A stretch of 64,000 bases of DNA from a virus: positions 1 through 64,000 of IMG/VR virus record IMGVR_UViG_3300032214_001462, one strand, 5' to 3'. Below are positions 18,339 through 26,384 of this stretch, one piece after another. The notes under the pieces are model-generated. The model made no database searches. It saw nothing but the letters and a program-made list of their open reading frames with translations, and was not told the origin of the DNA. Made by a program: the position numbers and the translations under genes. How positions within the stretch are numbered: position 1 is the stretch's first letter; each line of letters starts with the position of its first letter.

Positions 18339-18593
18339 TCATAGCCCGGTCTTAGGTTCGAGCATGATCCAGCCAGTGTAGTTAGCACTGGTTCGATCAA
18401 CGCGTAGTAATCCGTATTGTTCTAGTTTGATCAATGCGTTGAGATATTGATCAAGCCTTGATATTTGGGTTGAACACCGTGGCACATAGCACGGAGTGTT
18501 CTTATGCTTCTTCTTGTGATTCAAGAAGTAGAGATATAGATTTCGCTGATTGATTGTCAGGCCTGGTGCTAGGCCCAGTACTTCTGTTGTCAT
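18339..18593 (-). CDS. Hypothetical protein (possibly winged-helix)
   Basis: LTINQRNLYLYF...YLNALIKLEQYGLLRV. Confidence 0.6.
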   Translation of the reverse strand: MTTEVLGLAPGLTINQRNLYLYFLNHKKKHKNTPCYVPRCSTQISRLDQYLNALIKLEQYGLLRVDRTSANYTGWIMLEPKTGL

Positions 18594-18961
18594 CAGCAGT
18601 AGTGTGGTTTGATTTCGGGATAGACTTTAGCGTATCCGTTGTCAAAGTTGACTTCGTAGTTCGAGTACGTCGTTGAGAGGCCAAGGCTTGGCTGCTCTTG
18701 GATCTCGTACTCGTCGAAGTATTGGATGAAGGTTTGGACTGCTTGCTTCTTGGAGAAGATGCAGTGGGTAAGGACTGGGTATCCTGCTTGGTAGTACCAA
18801 CCACCTTCCTCTGGACCACCGTAGTTGAGTGTGGTTTCGTGGATGGTGATTGTCGTTGGGGTTTCGTATTCCCATTCAAGGTGTGTGTTGTAGCGCTGGA
18901 GGGCGTAACGCACTTTGTAAGTTCTGGGGTAGAACTTTTGGAGCTCACTGAGATAAGACAT
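18593..18961 (-). CDS. Conserved phage protein (YGGPEEGGWYY)
   Basis: YGGPEEGGWYY motif and C-terminal P..KPHYC. Confidence 0.7.
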   Translation of the reverse strand: MSYLSELQKFYPRTYKVRYALQRYNTHLEWEYETPTTITIHETTLNYGGPEEGGWYYQAGYPVLTHCIFSKKQAVQTFIQYFDEYEIQEQPSLGLSTTYSNYEVNFDNGYAKVYPEIKPHYC

Positions 18962-19036
18962 TGAATTGAATCGATGAGTGTTGTGATGAGAATGGAGATG
19001 AGGGTAATGATGACAATGACGATGTCATCTTCGTGA

Positions 19037-19165
19037 TTACGATTCGTCATCATAGCCCTCCCATTCTTCTTCAGTTGTTTCACGCATAGCTTGCTCTTGT
19101 TGATATGCAATGTCAGCCATTGCATCAAGCAAGTCTGCGTTGAAGTTGTTATCGAGGTTAGTCAT
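19037..19165 (-). CDS. Highly acidic 42-aa peptide
   Basis: Manual translation MTNLDNNFNADLLDAMADIAYQQEQAMRETTEEEWEGYDDES; CTCAACTCAA leader. Confidence 0.6.
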   Translation of the reverse strand: MTNLDNNFNADLLDAMADIAYQQEQAMRETTEEEWEGYDDES

Positions 19166-19197
19166 GGTTTGAGTTGAGGTAAGTGGATAAGTGGACA

Positions 19198-19425
19198 CTA
19201 GCCGTGGGGTACGAAGTCAGAGTCGCTGAGCAATTGGTGGACTGACAGGCAGTCCTCTGCAATCTCATCTCTGGTGCAGCCGTCCCAATCATCAGATTGA
19301 TCTTCGATCACTTCGCAGCCAATGTCTTCGAGTTGATCGACGAATTGATTCCAGGTACGTGCTTGGCCCCAGACGTGGGCATAACGCCCAGTGAGGTCAG
19401 CGACTAGTGCGATGTGGAGTCCCAT
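19198..19425 (-). CDS. Acidic hypothetical protein
   Basis: ORF track; start at MGLHIAL. Confidence 0.55.
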   Translation of the reverse strand: MGLHIALVADLTGRYAHVWGQARTWNQFVDQLEDIGCEVIEDQSDDWDGCTRDEIAEDCLSVHQLLSDSDFVPHG

Positions 19426-19600
19426 TGTTCTGTGGTGTGATGTTGGTGATGTCAACGCCTAACAGTGCAGGCACTGTGAATGAGGCGATGATGATGGCAA
19501 AGGTTGCGACCAGTACATTCCCTAGTCGATTCTCATGAGTCTCACCATAAGAATCAAGGGTGATGTACTTGCCTTTGCCCATGGAGTAAATAGTTCGCAT
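19397..19600 (-). CDS. Small membrane protein
   Basis: One hydrophobic helix; start at MRTIYS. Confidence 0.55.
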   Translation of the reverse strand: MRTIYSMGKGKYITLDSYGETHENRLGNVLVATFAIIIASFTVPALLGVDITNITPQNNGTPHRTSR

Positions 19601-19617
19601 GGTGTTGTGTGCAGTTG

Positions 19618-19691
19618 CTGCAGGAGGTGAGTCCTGCAGTAAACCCACCACCGATACGGATCCGTATCAATGGAAGGGTTAAGAGCAGGAG
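19618..19691 (-). ncRNA. Motif C, copy 1
   Basis: UCCUGC-UCUUA-[hairpin]-UUUACU-GCAGGA-CUCACC-UCCUGC. Confidence 0.7.
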
Positions 19692-19695
19692 TCTG

Positions 19696-20079
19696 TCAGA
19701 AAGGAATTTCTTCCAGTGTAGGTTCTACCTGGAGTGTTGGTTCAACCGTTGCCTTGGGCTTAGGTGCTGAACCAATGGTTGCCCTTACGTTTGTAAGAGC
19801 GATCTCTGGGTAGCGAAGAGGAAGTAGTTGTTCATCCTTGGTGTAGTGCGTACGAATACTTGCGATCCGTACGTCCCACTGGCTAAGGATGAGTTGCTGT
19901 CCGACAACGAATGTACCGTTGCGGTAAGCAGTTAACAATCCGTTGGAATTGTTAAATTTAATCCGACAAGACTTGTCGTATGCATCATTGACTGCAACTG
20001 TGATTGCAAGGAATTCACGTCCTTCATAGGTCGCGACTTCCATGTAAGTAACGTTGCCAATGATGGTGTTAGAGAACAT
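19696..20079 (-). CDS. Second SSB-like OB-fold protein
   Basis: TIIGNV...ITVAVND; acidic C-terminal EEIPF. Confidence 0.5.
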   Translation of the reverse strand: MFSNTIIGNVTYMEVATYEGREFLAITVAVNDAYDKSCRIKFNNSNGLLTAYRNGTFVVGQQLILSQWDVRIASIRTHYTKDEQLLPLRYPEIALTNVRATIGSAPKPKATVEPTLQVEPTLEEIPF

Positions 20080-20101
20080 GGTTGGTATGAAGTTGAGTTG
20101 A

Positions 20102-20177
20102 TGTACAGGATGTTGAGTCCTGCAGTAAACCTACCGTCGTAGTACATACGTACTGACGGCAGGGCTTAGAGCAGGGA
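20102..20177 (-). ncRNA. Motif C, copy 2
   Basis: CCCUGC-UCUAA-[hairpin]-UUUACU-GCAGGA-CUCAACA-UCCUGU. Confidence 0.7.
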
Positions 20178-20381
20178 TCAGTTTAGATACTTTGCATTAA
20201 TGCAGTAGTAGCTATCACCAAGGAAGCTCTTGGTGTAGATCAGGTTATGTCCTGGTCTGTTGTTGCATGTCTTCTTGTAGTGTTGGTTGAGTAGCTTCTG
20301 GCCTCCAGCAGAAAGGAATAAGCCACAACCAACGCCGAGAACAAGAGCAACACAGGAATCGATAAAGTGATTGTTTGTCAT
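20178..20381 (-). CDS. Small membrane-anchored protein
   Basis: N-terminal hydrophobic helix; FLGDSYYC. Confidence 0.55.
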   Translation of the reverse strand: MTNNHFIDSCVALVLGVGCGLFLSAGGQKLLNQHYKKTCNNRPGHNLIYTKSFLGDSYYCINAKYLN

Positions 20382-20407
20382 GGTGTTATGTAGTGTGTTA
20401 AGAACGC

Positions 20408-20680
20408 TCACATCATTTGCATGATGCGTTCTTGTTCCATGTCGATGCTGTACTCGTAGTACTCATGCATCTCCATGAGCATGTCTTTCATTGAGCTTGG
20501 TAATCCACCGCCGAGAGTACGGACATCACGCTCCAACCATTCCTGGTATGTAGCATTGGTATCGGCGTCGAATGTATTCCATAGCTTCTCGAAGTGAAGC
20601 ATGGTTGATTCACCGCCGTACCATGTGATGCGATACTGATGTTCGCCGGATGGTTTGTAGACCAGTGCAGGTGTTGTCAC
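20408..20680 (-). CDS. Hypothetical protein (GTG start)
   Basis: CTCAACTCAAC leader before GTG at 20680. Confidence 0.6.
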   Translation of the reverse strand: MTTPALVYKPSGEHQYRITWYGGESTMLHFEKLWNTFDADTNATYQEWLERDVRTLGGGLPSSMKDMLMEMHEYYEYSIDMEQERIMQMM

Positions 20681-20705
20681 TGTTGAGTTGAGGTAGTGTT
20701 GATGA

Positions 20706-20754
20706 CAGGATGTTGAGTCCTGCAGTAAAGGCCCGTAGGCCCTTAGTGCAGAAG
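20706..20754 (-). ncRNA. Motif C, copy 3
   Basis: UUCUGC-ACUAA-GGGCC-UACG-GGCC-UUUACU-GCAGGA-CUCAACA-UCCUGU. Confidence 0.7.
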
Positions 20755-20928
20755 TCAAAGTTCAGTCTTGGGAGTAATGACAAATGCCATATCGTTAGGC
20801 ATCAGCAGGGCTGCTGCACGTATACGGTATTCATTTAGCTTGGTGCTGACATACTCCTTAGATTTGTCACTCTCCAGCATTGCTGCTGTTGAGATAAGTG
20901 CATTGGCTAGTCCTTTGCGGATACCCAT
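20755..20928 (-). CDS. Small hypothetical protein
   Basis: Start at MGIRKG, downstream of motif D1. Confidence 0.55.
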   Translation of the reverse strand: MGIRKGLANALISTAAMLESDKSKEYVSTKLNEYRIRAAALLMPNDMAFVITPKTEL

Positions 20929-20943
20929 ATTGTGTAGTGTAGA

Positions 20944-21011
20944 TGCCACGGGATTGTGGCAATAACTGGGCAGGGGTTTGCACCCTGCCACCCGCTTTAA
21001 CGGATCAGCTA
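20944..21011 (-). ncRNA. Motif D (tRNA-like three-way junction plus hairpin), copy 1
   Basis: UAGCUG-AU-CCGU UAAA GCGG-GU-GGCAGGG UGCAAAC CCCUGCC-CAGUUA-U-UGCCAC...GUGGCA. Confidence 0.7.
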
Positions 21012-21208
21012 GTTTGGAAGGCTGACCTGAACATTGAGTCATACACCTTATGTGTAACCTCGCGGTTCGGATCGTTAATCGCAACAAAGCGATCAACCAT
21101 TTCAGCTAGGCAGACTTCATAGTCAACCATTCTCTGACAACAATCTTCAATTGCTGCCTCACGAAGTGAGATCAGCACTTCAAGAGTGTGAGCAAGAGCT
21201 TGGTCCAC
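21005..21208 (-). CDS. Small hypothetical protein (GTG start)
   Basis: AGGAG Shine-Dalgarno before GTG. Confidence 0.55.
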   Translation of the reverse strand: MDQALAHTLEVLISLREAAIEDCCQRMVDYEVCLAEMVDRFVAINDPNREVTHKVYDSMFRSAFQTS

Positions 21209-21230
21209 AGGAATCTCCTGTTGTGTGCGG

Positions 21231-21303
21231 TGCCTATCTCCGCTGGAGGCAATGACCAGAGCCAGGCATTGCACCTGGCTTGGGAGCTATAACTCACCTG
21301 GCC
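21231..21303 (-). ncRNA. Motif D, copy 2
   Basis: GGCCAG-GU-GAGU UAUA GCUC-CCA-AGCCAGG UGCAAUG CCUGGCU-CUGGUC-AU-UGCCU...AGGCA. Confidence 0.7.
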
Positions 21304-21473
21304 TGAAGCTGACGTACGAACTTACGTGCGTTGTTAACTGACATCGTGGTGCTGCAGTCGTAACCCTTCTGGCTCTTACGAACCAGCTTGGTGATACGAG
21401 CTAAGCCCACTTGCTTGTTAACCACGAAGTGATACGTTGCTTGCTTGGTTGAGATTGTGAAGAAGATGTCCAT
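21294..21473 (-). CDS. Small basic protein (59 aa), first gene of the leftward arm
   Basis: Manual translation MDIFFTISTKQATYHFVVNKQ...RQLQAR. Confidence 0.55.
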   Translation of the reverse strand: MDIFFTISTKQATYHFVVNKQVGLARITKLVRKSQKGYDCSTTMSVNNARKFVRQLQAR

Positions 21474-21496
21474 TGATTTGAGATGGATTGAAGGTT

Positions 21497-21521
21497 GCTG
21501 CGTTTAACGTCCAGCTCGACG
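21497..21521 (-). ncRNA. Pseudoknot motif A, variant copy 6
   Basis: CGUC-GAGCUG-GACG-UUAAAC-GCAGC; loop GCUG pairs with CAGC. Confidence 0.55.
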
Positions 21522-21940
21522 TAGCTATCAAAGTAGATAGATAAGAATCAAGTGCTGAACTGCGTTCTCACCCTTGGTCCTCCCTTGAAAGCTACTGTCT
21601 TATATGGACGAGAGCGGGGCGGGGCGCAGATTATACCCATGTGCGATACGGATTCGTATCAAAATCAAGGTAAATGTATCAAATTATACAGTTCTAAGGG
21701 TGTTTAGTGAGCGCAGCGAGCGCTCCCTTCGTGAACGAAGTGAACTCTACATGCTTCTAAGCATTTATACTCACTTCCTCACAGGTAACACCCTATCCTT
21801 TCTTTTTTTCTATACGTAATCCACTACGCGTAGGGTATATAAGAAGCGTCAGCAAATTTTTTATCCTTTTTTGACCTCTATAGGAGCCGATTTTTGTAAA
21901 GAATGTAAGGTTATACTTGCTTTTGCCCAAGAAAACACAC

Positions 21941-21966
21941 AAAAAAGCCGGGTTTTTACCCCGGCG
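21941..21966 (-). terminator. Terminator hairpin
   Basis: aaaaa-GCCGGG-tttttac-CCCGGC, read as a hairpin plus T-run on the minus strand. Confidence 0.6.
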
Positions 21967-21994
21967 TTACCAAAATTTATTTTTAATTTTTTAT

Positions 21995-22204
21995 TCAGAG
22001 GTTTTGTTTACCCCATTTTGCTGCAGCTGAAGAAGCCTTTGCGTAAGCTTCGGGATCTGGACGCTCTGAAGAGAGTTTATTCCGTGCCCCAATAATAAAT
22101 TGCTGGACTTCTGTATCGCTAGTCCCTTCTTTTTTTAATTTATCCGCTGCATCAGCAATTGCATTGAGTGCAATCGCTTTTTCAATGCGATTTTTTGGGT
22201 TCAT
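21995..22204 (-). CDS. Hypothetical protein
   Basis: ORF track; followed by terminator. Confidence 0.6.
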   Translation of the reverse strand: MNPKNRIEKAIALNAIADAADKLKKEGTSDTEVQQFIIGARNKLSSERPDPEAYAKASSAAAKWGKQNL

Positions 22205-22322
22205 AAGCCCAATTCCCGTTTTCTTGACTTATTTTCTTGTCAATAGTCTAGCGTATTCGCATTTTTCTTAAATTCTTCGAAGTAAAATACACATAACAAA
22301 GATACAAAAAAATAAATTAACC

Positions 22323-24020
22323 ATGGCGCTAGCACCTGCTGATTTTTACGCCTACAGCCAGGCCACTGGTACGCCATACCCAGAAGATCCGGAAGAACGT
22401 GCAGCTCTAGCCCCACAGGTCGCTGCTTTCCGCCGTAGTCAGCTTCAGCCTGCCCAGGAGCAGTCCAACCTTCCAGGCATTCTTGGCGCCGCAGCCCTTG
22501 GCTTAGGTGCCTTAGCCGGTGGTGCAGTACTTGCTAGACGTTTCGCCGGAAAGAAACCTACTTCTACTGTTGGGCTGACAGCTGAAGGAGCACAGAACGT
22601 ACAAAATATTGGAACAATGGCACGGCAAGCAGCAAATGAAGCTGCTGTAATCCAAGCTCGCGCAGAACGTCCACAAGGAATTCAACAAGTTGACCTGTCT
22701 GCTGTCAATAAACTTTTAAATGACAAATCTTTGTTAGCTGCCGTTGAAGCACAAGAAGCTGTTGAGTCTTTAACGCCGCAACAACTATCTGAATTCCGTG
22801 GTGCTGAGTCACGTGCACGTAATGAATATCGTGGTGCAATCACCGCAATAGGTGATGAGATCATTGCACAAGAAAGAGCAGCTGCAAAGATTCCTGTTGT
22901 CAACCAAACGTTAGGTGCATTGGAATCTGGTGAAGACCAGGTGACTGGTCGTATCTTGCGTGGTGTACAGAGAAATGAAGATCTTGATTCTTCCGTTGTT
23001 AACGCAGTTGCTAAACAAACTGGTAATGCAGAAGTTGCAGCATCTTTAACACCTGATGGTGTACCTAAAGATCAGCTGGAACTTAATCAACCCTACACAG
23101 CTCAAGAACTTGTTGAGGTAGCAAAGCAAGAAATGCTTTCGCGTCGCCAGTCTTTAGAGCAAGCTGGGATGCGTCCAGGAACCGTAAGGTTTGAAAGGGC
23201 ACTCGCTCAGCCTTTCCGCACATCACAAAACGCTGTTGTCACTGGTACAGCACCCGTTGGTCTTGCCTTACCGGCAGGAGCAATTCGTCAGACCGTTGAA
23301 TCAGTTGGTGCCGGTGAACCGTTAATTGAAAAGGCTGTTCTTAACATTGGCCCACAAGCAGTTTTAACATCTACAGCGGCAGGCACCGCAATCCGTGGTG
23401 CATCACCCAGCTATTACGAGGCGCTTCCCAAACAAGAGCTTCGTCAGCTTTACGGAGCGGCTGATCCCTTGGTGCCAGGTGCACCTGATGAATTAGTGCC
23501 AGATCTTCCTGCTTCCTTGCGCATCCGCGGAGGTGTCGCACCAGATGTGGAGCCAGAACTTCTTTCCAAACAAGAAATTCAATATAGTGTTTTAGATAGG
23601 CCCCAAGTTGCTGGCCCTGCGGGTGGCTCTGCAGGCATCGGCATTTACGGTATCGAACCAGGCTTCGTACCCGGAGCAGTTACAAAATCAACTGGCGAGT
23701 ACAGTGAAGCGTCTTCTCGTAAGCCAAGCTATGTTCCAGGTTGGCTGCAACGCAAAGCAGGACGTACCGGTTTTGAGAATCTAAATACTGCACAGCTTGC
23801 GACCGCTGCCGAGAACGCAAAGGCACCTAAGATTCAAGCTGCGTTAGAGAACGAACTAGGCAAAAGAAAAGCCGCTCAAGAGAGTATAGAATTATCAGAA
23901 GAAATGCGTCGAACTAGAATGGAAAGACCAGATGCACAAAATTTCTTGGCAGAAAAAATGCAGCAATTAGGCATTTCTGCCATTGGTGAGTATTCACCCT
24001 TACCTCGCCGCTATCGTTGA
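22323..24020 (+). CDS. Hypothetical virion-associated protein
   Basis: 565-aa Ala-rich ORF with one hydrophobic helix. Confidence 0.7.
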   Translation: MALAPADFYAYSQATGTPYPEDPEERAALAPQVAAFRRSQLQPAQEQSNLPGILGAAALGLGALAGGAVLARRFAGKKPTSTVGLTAEGAQNVQNIGTMARQAANEAAVIQARAERPQGIQQVDLSAVNKLLNDKSLLAAVEAQEAVESLTPQQLSEFRGAESRARNEYRGAITAIGDEIIAQERAAAKIPVVNQTLGALESGEDQVTGRILRGVQRNEDLDSSVVNAVAKQTGNAEVAASLTPDGVPKDQLELNQPYTAQELVEVAKQEMLSRRQSLEQAGMRPGTVRFERALAQPFRTSQNAVVTGTAPVGLALPAGAIRQTVESVGAGEPLIEKAVLNIGPQAVLTSTAAGTAIRGASPSYYEALPKQELRQLYGAADPLVPGAPDELVPDLPASLRIRGGVAPDVEPELLSKQEIQYSVLDRPQVAGPAGGSAGIGIYGIEPGFVPGAVTKSTGEYSEASSRKPSYVPGWLQRKAGRTGFENLNTAQLATAAENAKAPKIQAALENELGKRKAAQESIELSEEMRRTRMERPDAQNFLAEKMQQLGISAIGEYSPLPRRYR

Positions 24021-24022
24021 TC

Positions 24023-24247
24023 ATGGCTGAAGAAAAGAAAGACAAAAAATGGATTCAAGGCATGGAGATGAAGGAAGGCGCCTTTACACGTAAGGCAAAA
24101 CGTAAGGGCATTACCTCTGCTCAGCTTCAGCAGAACGTTCTTGCAAATCCTGACAATTATGATGAAAAAACAGTAAAGCAAGCGCAGCTGCGTAAAACTC
24201 TTGTAGGGTTAAAAAAGGATAAAGACAAAAAGAAAGCTGAAAGCTGA
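24023..24247 (+). CDS. Small basic protein
   Basis: KWIQ...KEGAFT...KQAQLRKTL pattern common in phages. Confidence 0.65.
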   Translation: MAEEKKDKKWIQGMEMKEGAFTRKAKRKGITSAQLQQNVLANPDNYDEKTVKQAQLRKTLVGLKKDKDKKKAES

Positions 24248-24813
24248 TGGCAAAAGATTATCGTCTTGACCTTGGCCGTTATATCGATTACACAGCCGAT
24301 ATCTTTGCCAAAAAAAAGAAACTTAATTTTGATGACTTATTTTCATCAAAGCCATCTTCTGGCACATCTCCATGGATGCCAAGTCGTTTTGAAGGAAATG
24401 ACCTGGTACGTAAACTGCAGACTCGTAAATTACAGCTAAACCCAGGTCTTAACTTTGTTGGCGAACAGCCTGAGGAGTATGAAGTATTTGCTGGGCTTGG
24501 GCGCTTCAAGCGCCAAGAGGATTACGACTTTCAAACAGGTAGGCCAAATACAAAACTTCGTCCAGAAGAACAACCTGGCTACACACCTTTGTGGAAAGAA
24601 GCTTACGAATTAAGTCCTACCCTAAATCCAGGTCAACGCATTTCCAATCCAATGCCACGTGCCACAAACCCAGATCCCAAGGGATACTTGATGTCTATGG
24701 CTGAAAGAAAAGTGGAGAATGAAATGGAAGGAAATATGTCAGTTGCCCAATTGTTGGAAGACAAGAAAACTTCTGACAAAGATAAAGATAAAAAAACAGA
24801 AGAGGCTAAATAA
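24247..24813 (+). CDS. Hypothetical protein
   Basis: ORF track; TGATG junction. Confidence 0.65.
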   Translation: MAKDYRLDLGRYIDYTADIFAKKKKLNFDDLFSSKPSSGTSPWMPSRFEGNDLVRKLQTRKLQLNPGLNFVGEQPEEYEVFAGLGRFKRQEDYDFQTGRPNTKLRPEEQPGYTPLWKEAYELSPTLNPGQRISNPMPRATNPDPKGYLMSMAERKVENEMEGNMSVAQLLEDKKTSDKDKDKKTEEAK

Positions 24814-24850
24814 AAAAAGCTTAGCGTTTATAATAAAAAGAAAAGATACC

Positions 24851-25417
24851 ATGGCAATCGGCGGTGGTGCTTTCCAGGGCATCTTAAATTTAATCAAAAA
24901 AAATCCTGATGTCATTAAAGAAGCAGGGATGAGCGCTGCTTTGACGACAGGCATTGGTGCGTTGACTGGAGATATTCCTGGGGCATTGAAATATGGTCTT
25001 GCCGACTTTGCTCTTTCTTATCCAGCAACACTTGCTGTTAGAGGTTTACGCCCAAAACCAGCTACGCGTGTAATGGATGTTAATACAGGAAAGATAGTTG
25101 AAAAACCTGGTAGAAGCTCTTTAGAAGTACCTGCGAATATTGGTGCATCCGTCTTATCTGGCATTGCGGTTTCTTCTTTAGATTCACCTGCCGTCATGGG
25201 GCAACAGCAACAGATGGCGCAACAGATTGAACAACGTTCAATGATGAATCAACTCCCTTTACCGGAACAAAATTTATCGCCAGGAACACAGTTTCAAATG
25301 ACTGGACTTCCTCCTATTGATGGCTTTCAAAACTTATTAAATAAAAGAAATAATTGGACGCAATACCTAAGCCCGCAAGATCAAGCTTTAATTCAACAAA
25401 CTTTAGGAGCGCAATAA
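24851..25417 (+). CDS. Hypothetical protein (candidate internal virion protein)
   Basis: TATAAT at 24829; start at MAIGGG. Confidence 0.6.
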   Translation: MAIGGGAFQGILNLIKKNPDVIKEAGMSAALTTGIGALTGDIPGALKYGLADFALSYPATLAVRGLRPKPATRVMDVNTGKIVEKPGRSSLEVPANIGASVLSGIAVSSLDSPAVMGQQQQMAQQIEQRSMMNQLPLPEQNLSPGTQFQMTGLPPIDGFQNLLNKRNNWTQYLSPQDQALIQQTLGAQ

Positions 25418-25418
25418 A

Positions 25419-26354
25419 ATGGCATTCCAAGATCTTTTAAATAAAGTAAGTAATGTCAAGGAAAAACTTGCAAGTGGTGCAAGAGCTAGTGCAGAGGCAA
25501 GCAAACGCGCTTCTGGCGTCGAATATTATCCAACTGCTTTAAATCTAAAAGGACGTTATTCAGAAGAACTTCGTTCACTTGGTGTTTCTTTTAAAGAAAC
25601 CCCTGTAGAAGCGTTAGGTGCTCTTGGCACGCGTATCATGACTGATGTAACCAATGATGGAACGCGTGGCATCTACTGGCGCTACAACAGCCCACTTGCA
25701 ATGCTTGAAACAGGTATACAAAAAGCAATTGGTAAAGAAGCATACAAAGAATTAGGTCCAGCAAAAACTGGATTGATCGGTGCCGCAATCAGCATCCCAG
25801 TAACAGCTGCCGCTGGTGCATACAACATTCTTAATCCACAAGAGCAATTCAGGCCAAAAGGCTTTGCACAAAGTTATGCAGAGGAAGGTTCAGAAGATCG
25901 CAGGGAAACATCTCAACCTGGTCCAGAGTTATTTGAACGCTTTTTCTTAGGTAGGACTGGAAGACCTCTTAATTACGAAACAGCAAAACAAGATATTCCT
26001 TCTTTGACGCCAGAACGCTATGGCAATTATTTAAGAGATTATTATCAAGACAAAGGATTCCTGGGAATTGTAAAAGGAACAACTGAAAACTTAGAGGGCG
26101 TGCCAGAAGTCCGCGTTCTTGGCTATCCGGTTACAATTCCTGCTGTTACCGCAGCAGCGGGTGGTATCGCTGGCGCAGCAACCGCAATACGTACAGCACC
26201 AACTGTTAAAAATTCTTTCAGGCGCGGATTAGCCGGCGCTGCGCTGGGATCTGGAGCGGGTGTGATTGTTGGTAACTTAGCAAACGCTGTACTTGCATCG
26301 AAAGCTACAGAGCAAACATTGCCAACTTCAGCTCAATATGAAATGCTGCAATGA
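25419..26354 (+). CDS. Hypothetical protein with Gly/Ala-rich membrane helices
   Basis: ORF track. Confidence 0.65.
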   Translation: MAFQDLLNKVSNVKEKLASGARASAEASKRASGVEYYPTALNLKGRYSEELRSLGVSFKETPVEALGALGTRIMTDVTNDGTRGIYWRYNSPLAMLETGIQKAIGKEAYKELGPAKTGLIGAAISIPVTAAAGAYNILNPQEQFRPKGFAQSYAEEGSEDRRETSQPGPELFERFFLGRTGRPLNYETAKQDIPSLTPERYGNYLRDYYQDKGFLGIVKGTTENLEGVPEVRVLGYPVTIPAVTAAAGGIAGAATAIRTAPTVKNSFRRGLAGAALGSGAGVIVGNLANAVLASKATEQTLPTSAQYEMLQ

Positions 26355-26384
26355 TAGAATTTATTTAAATAAGGTTATTTATAA

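Noticed and set aside
3505-21521. CRISPR array or intrinsic terminators as the explanation for the repeated motifs
   Set aside because: Copies are separated by whole genes, covary rather than being identical, and lack U-tails
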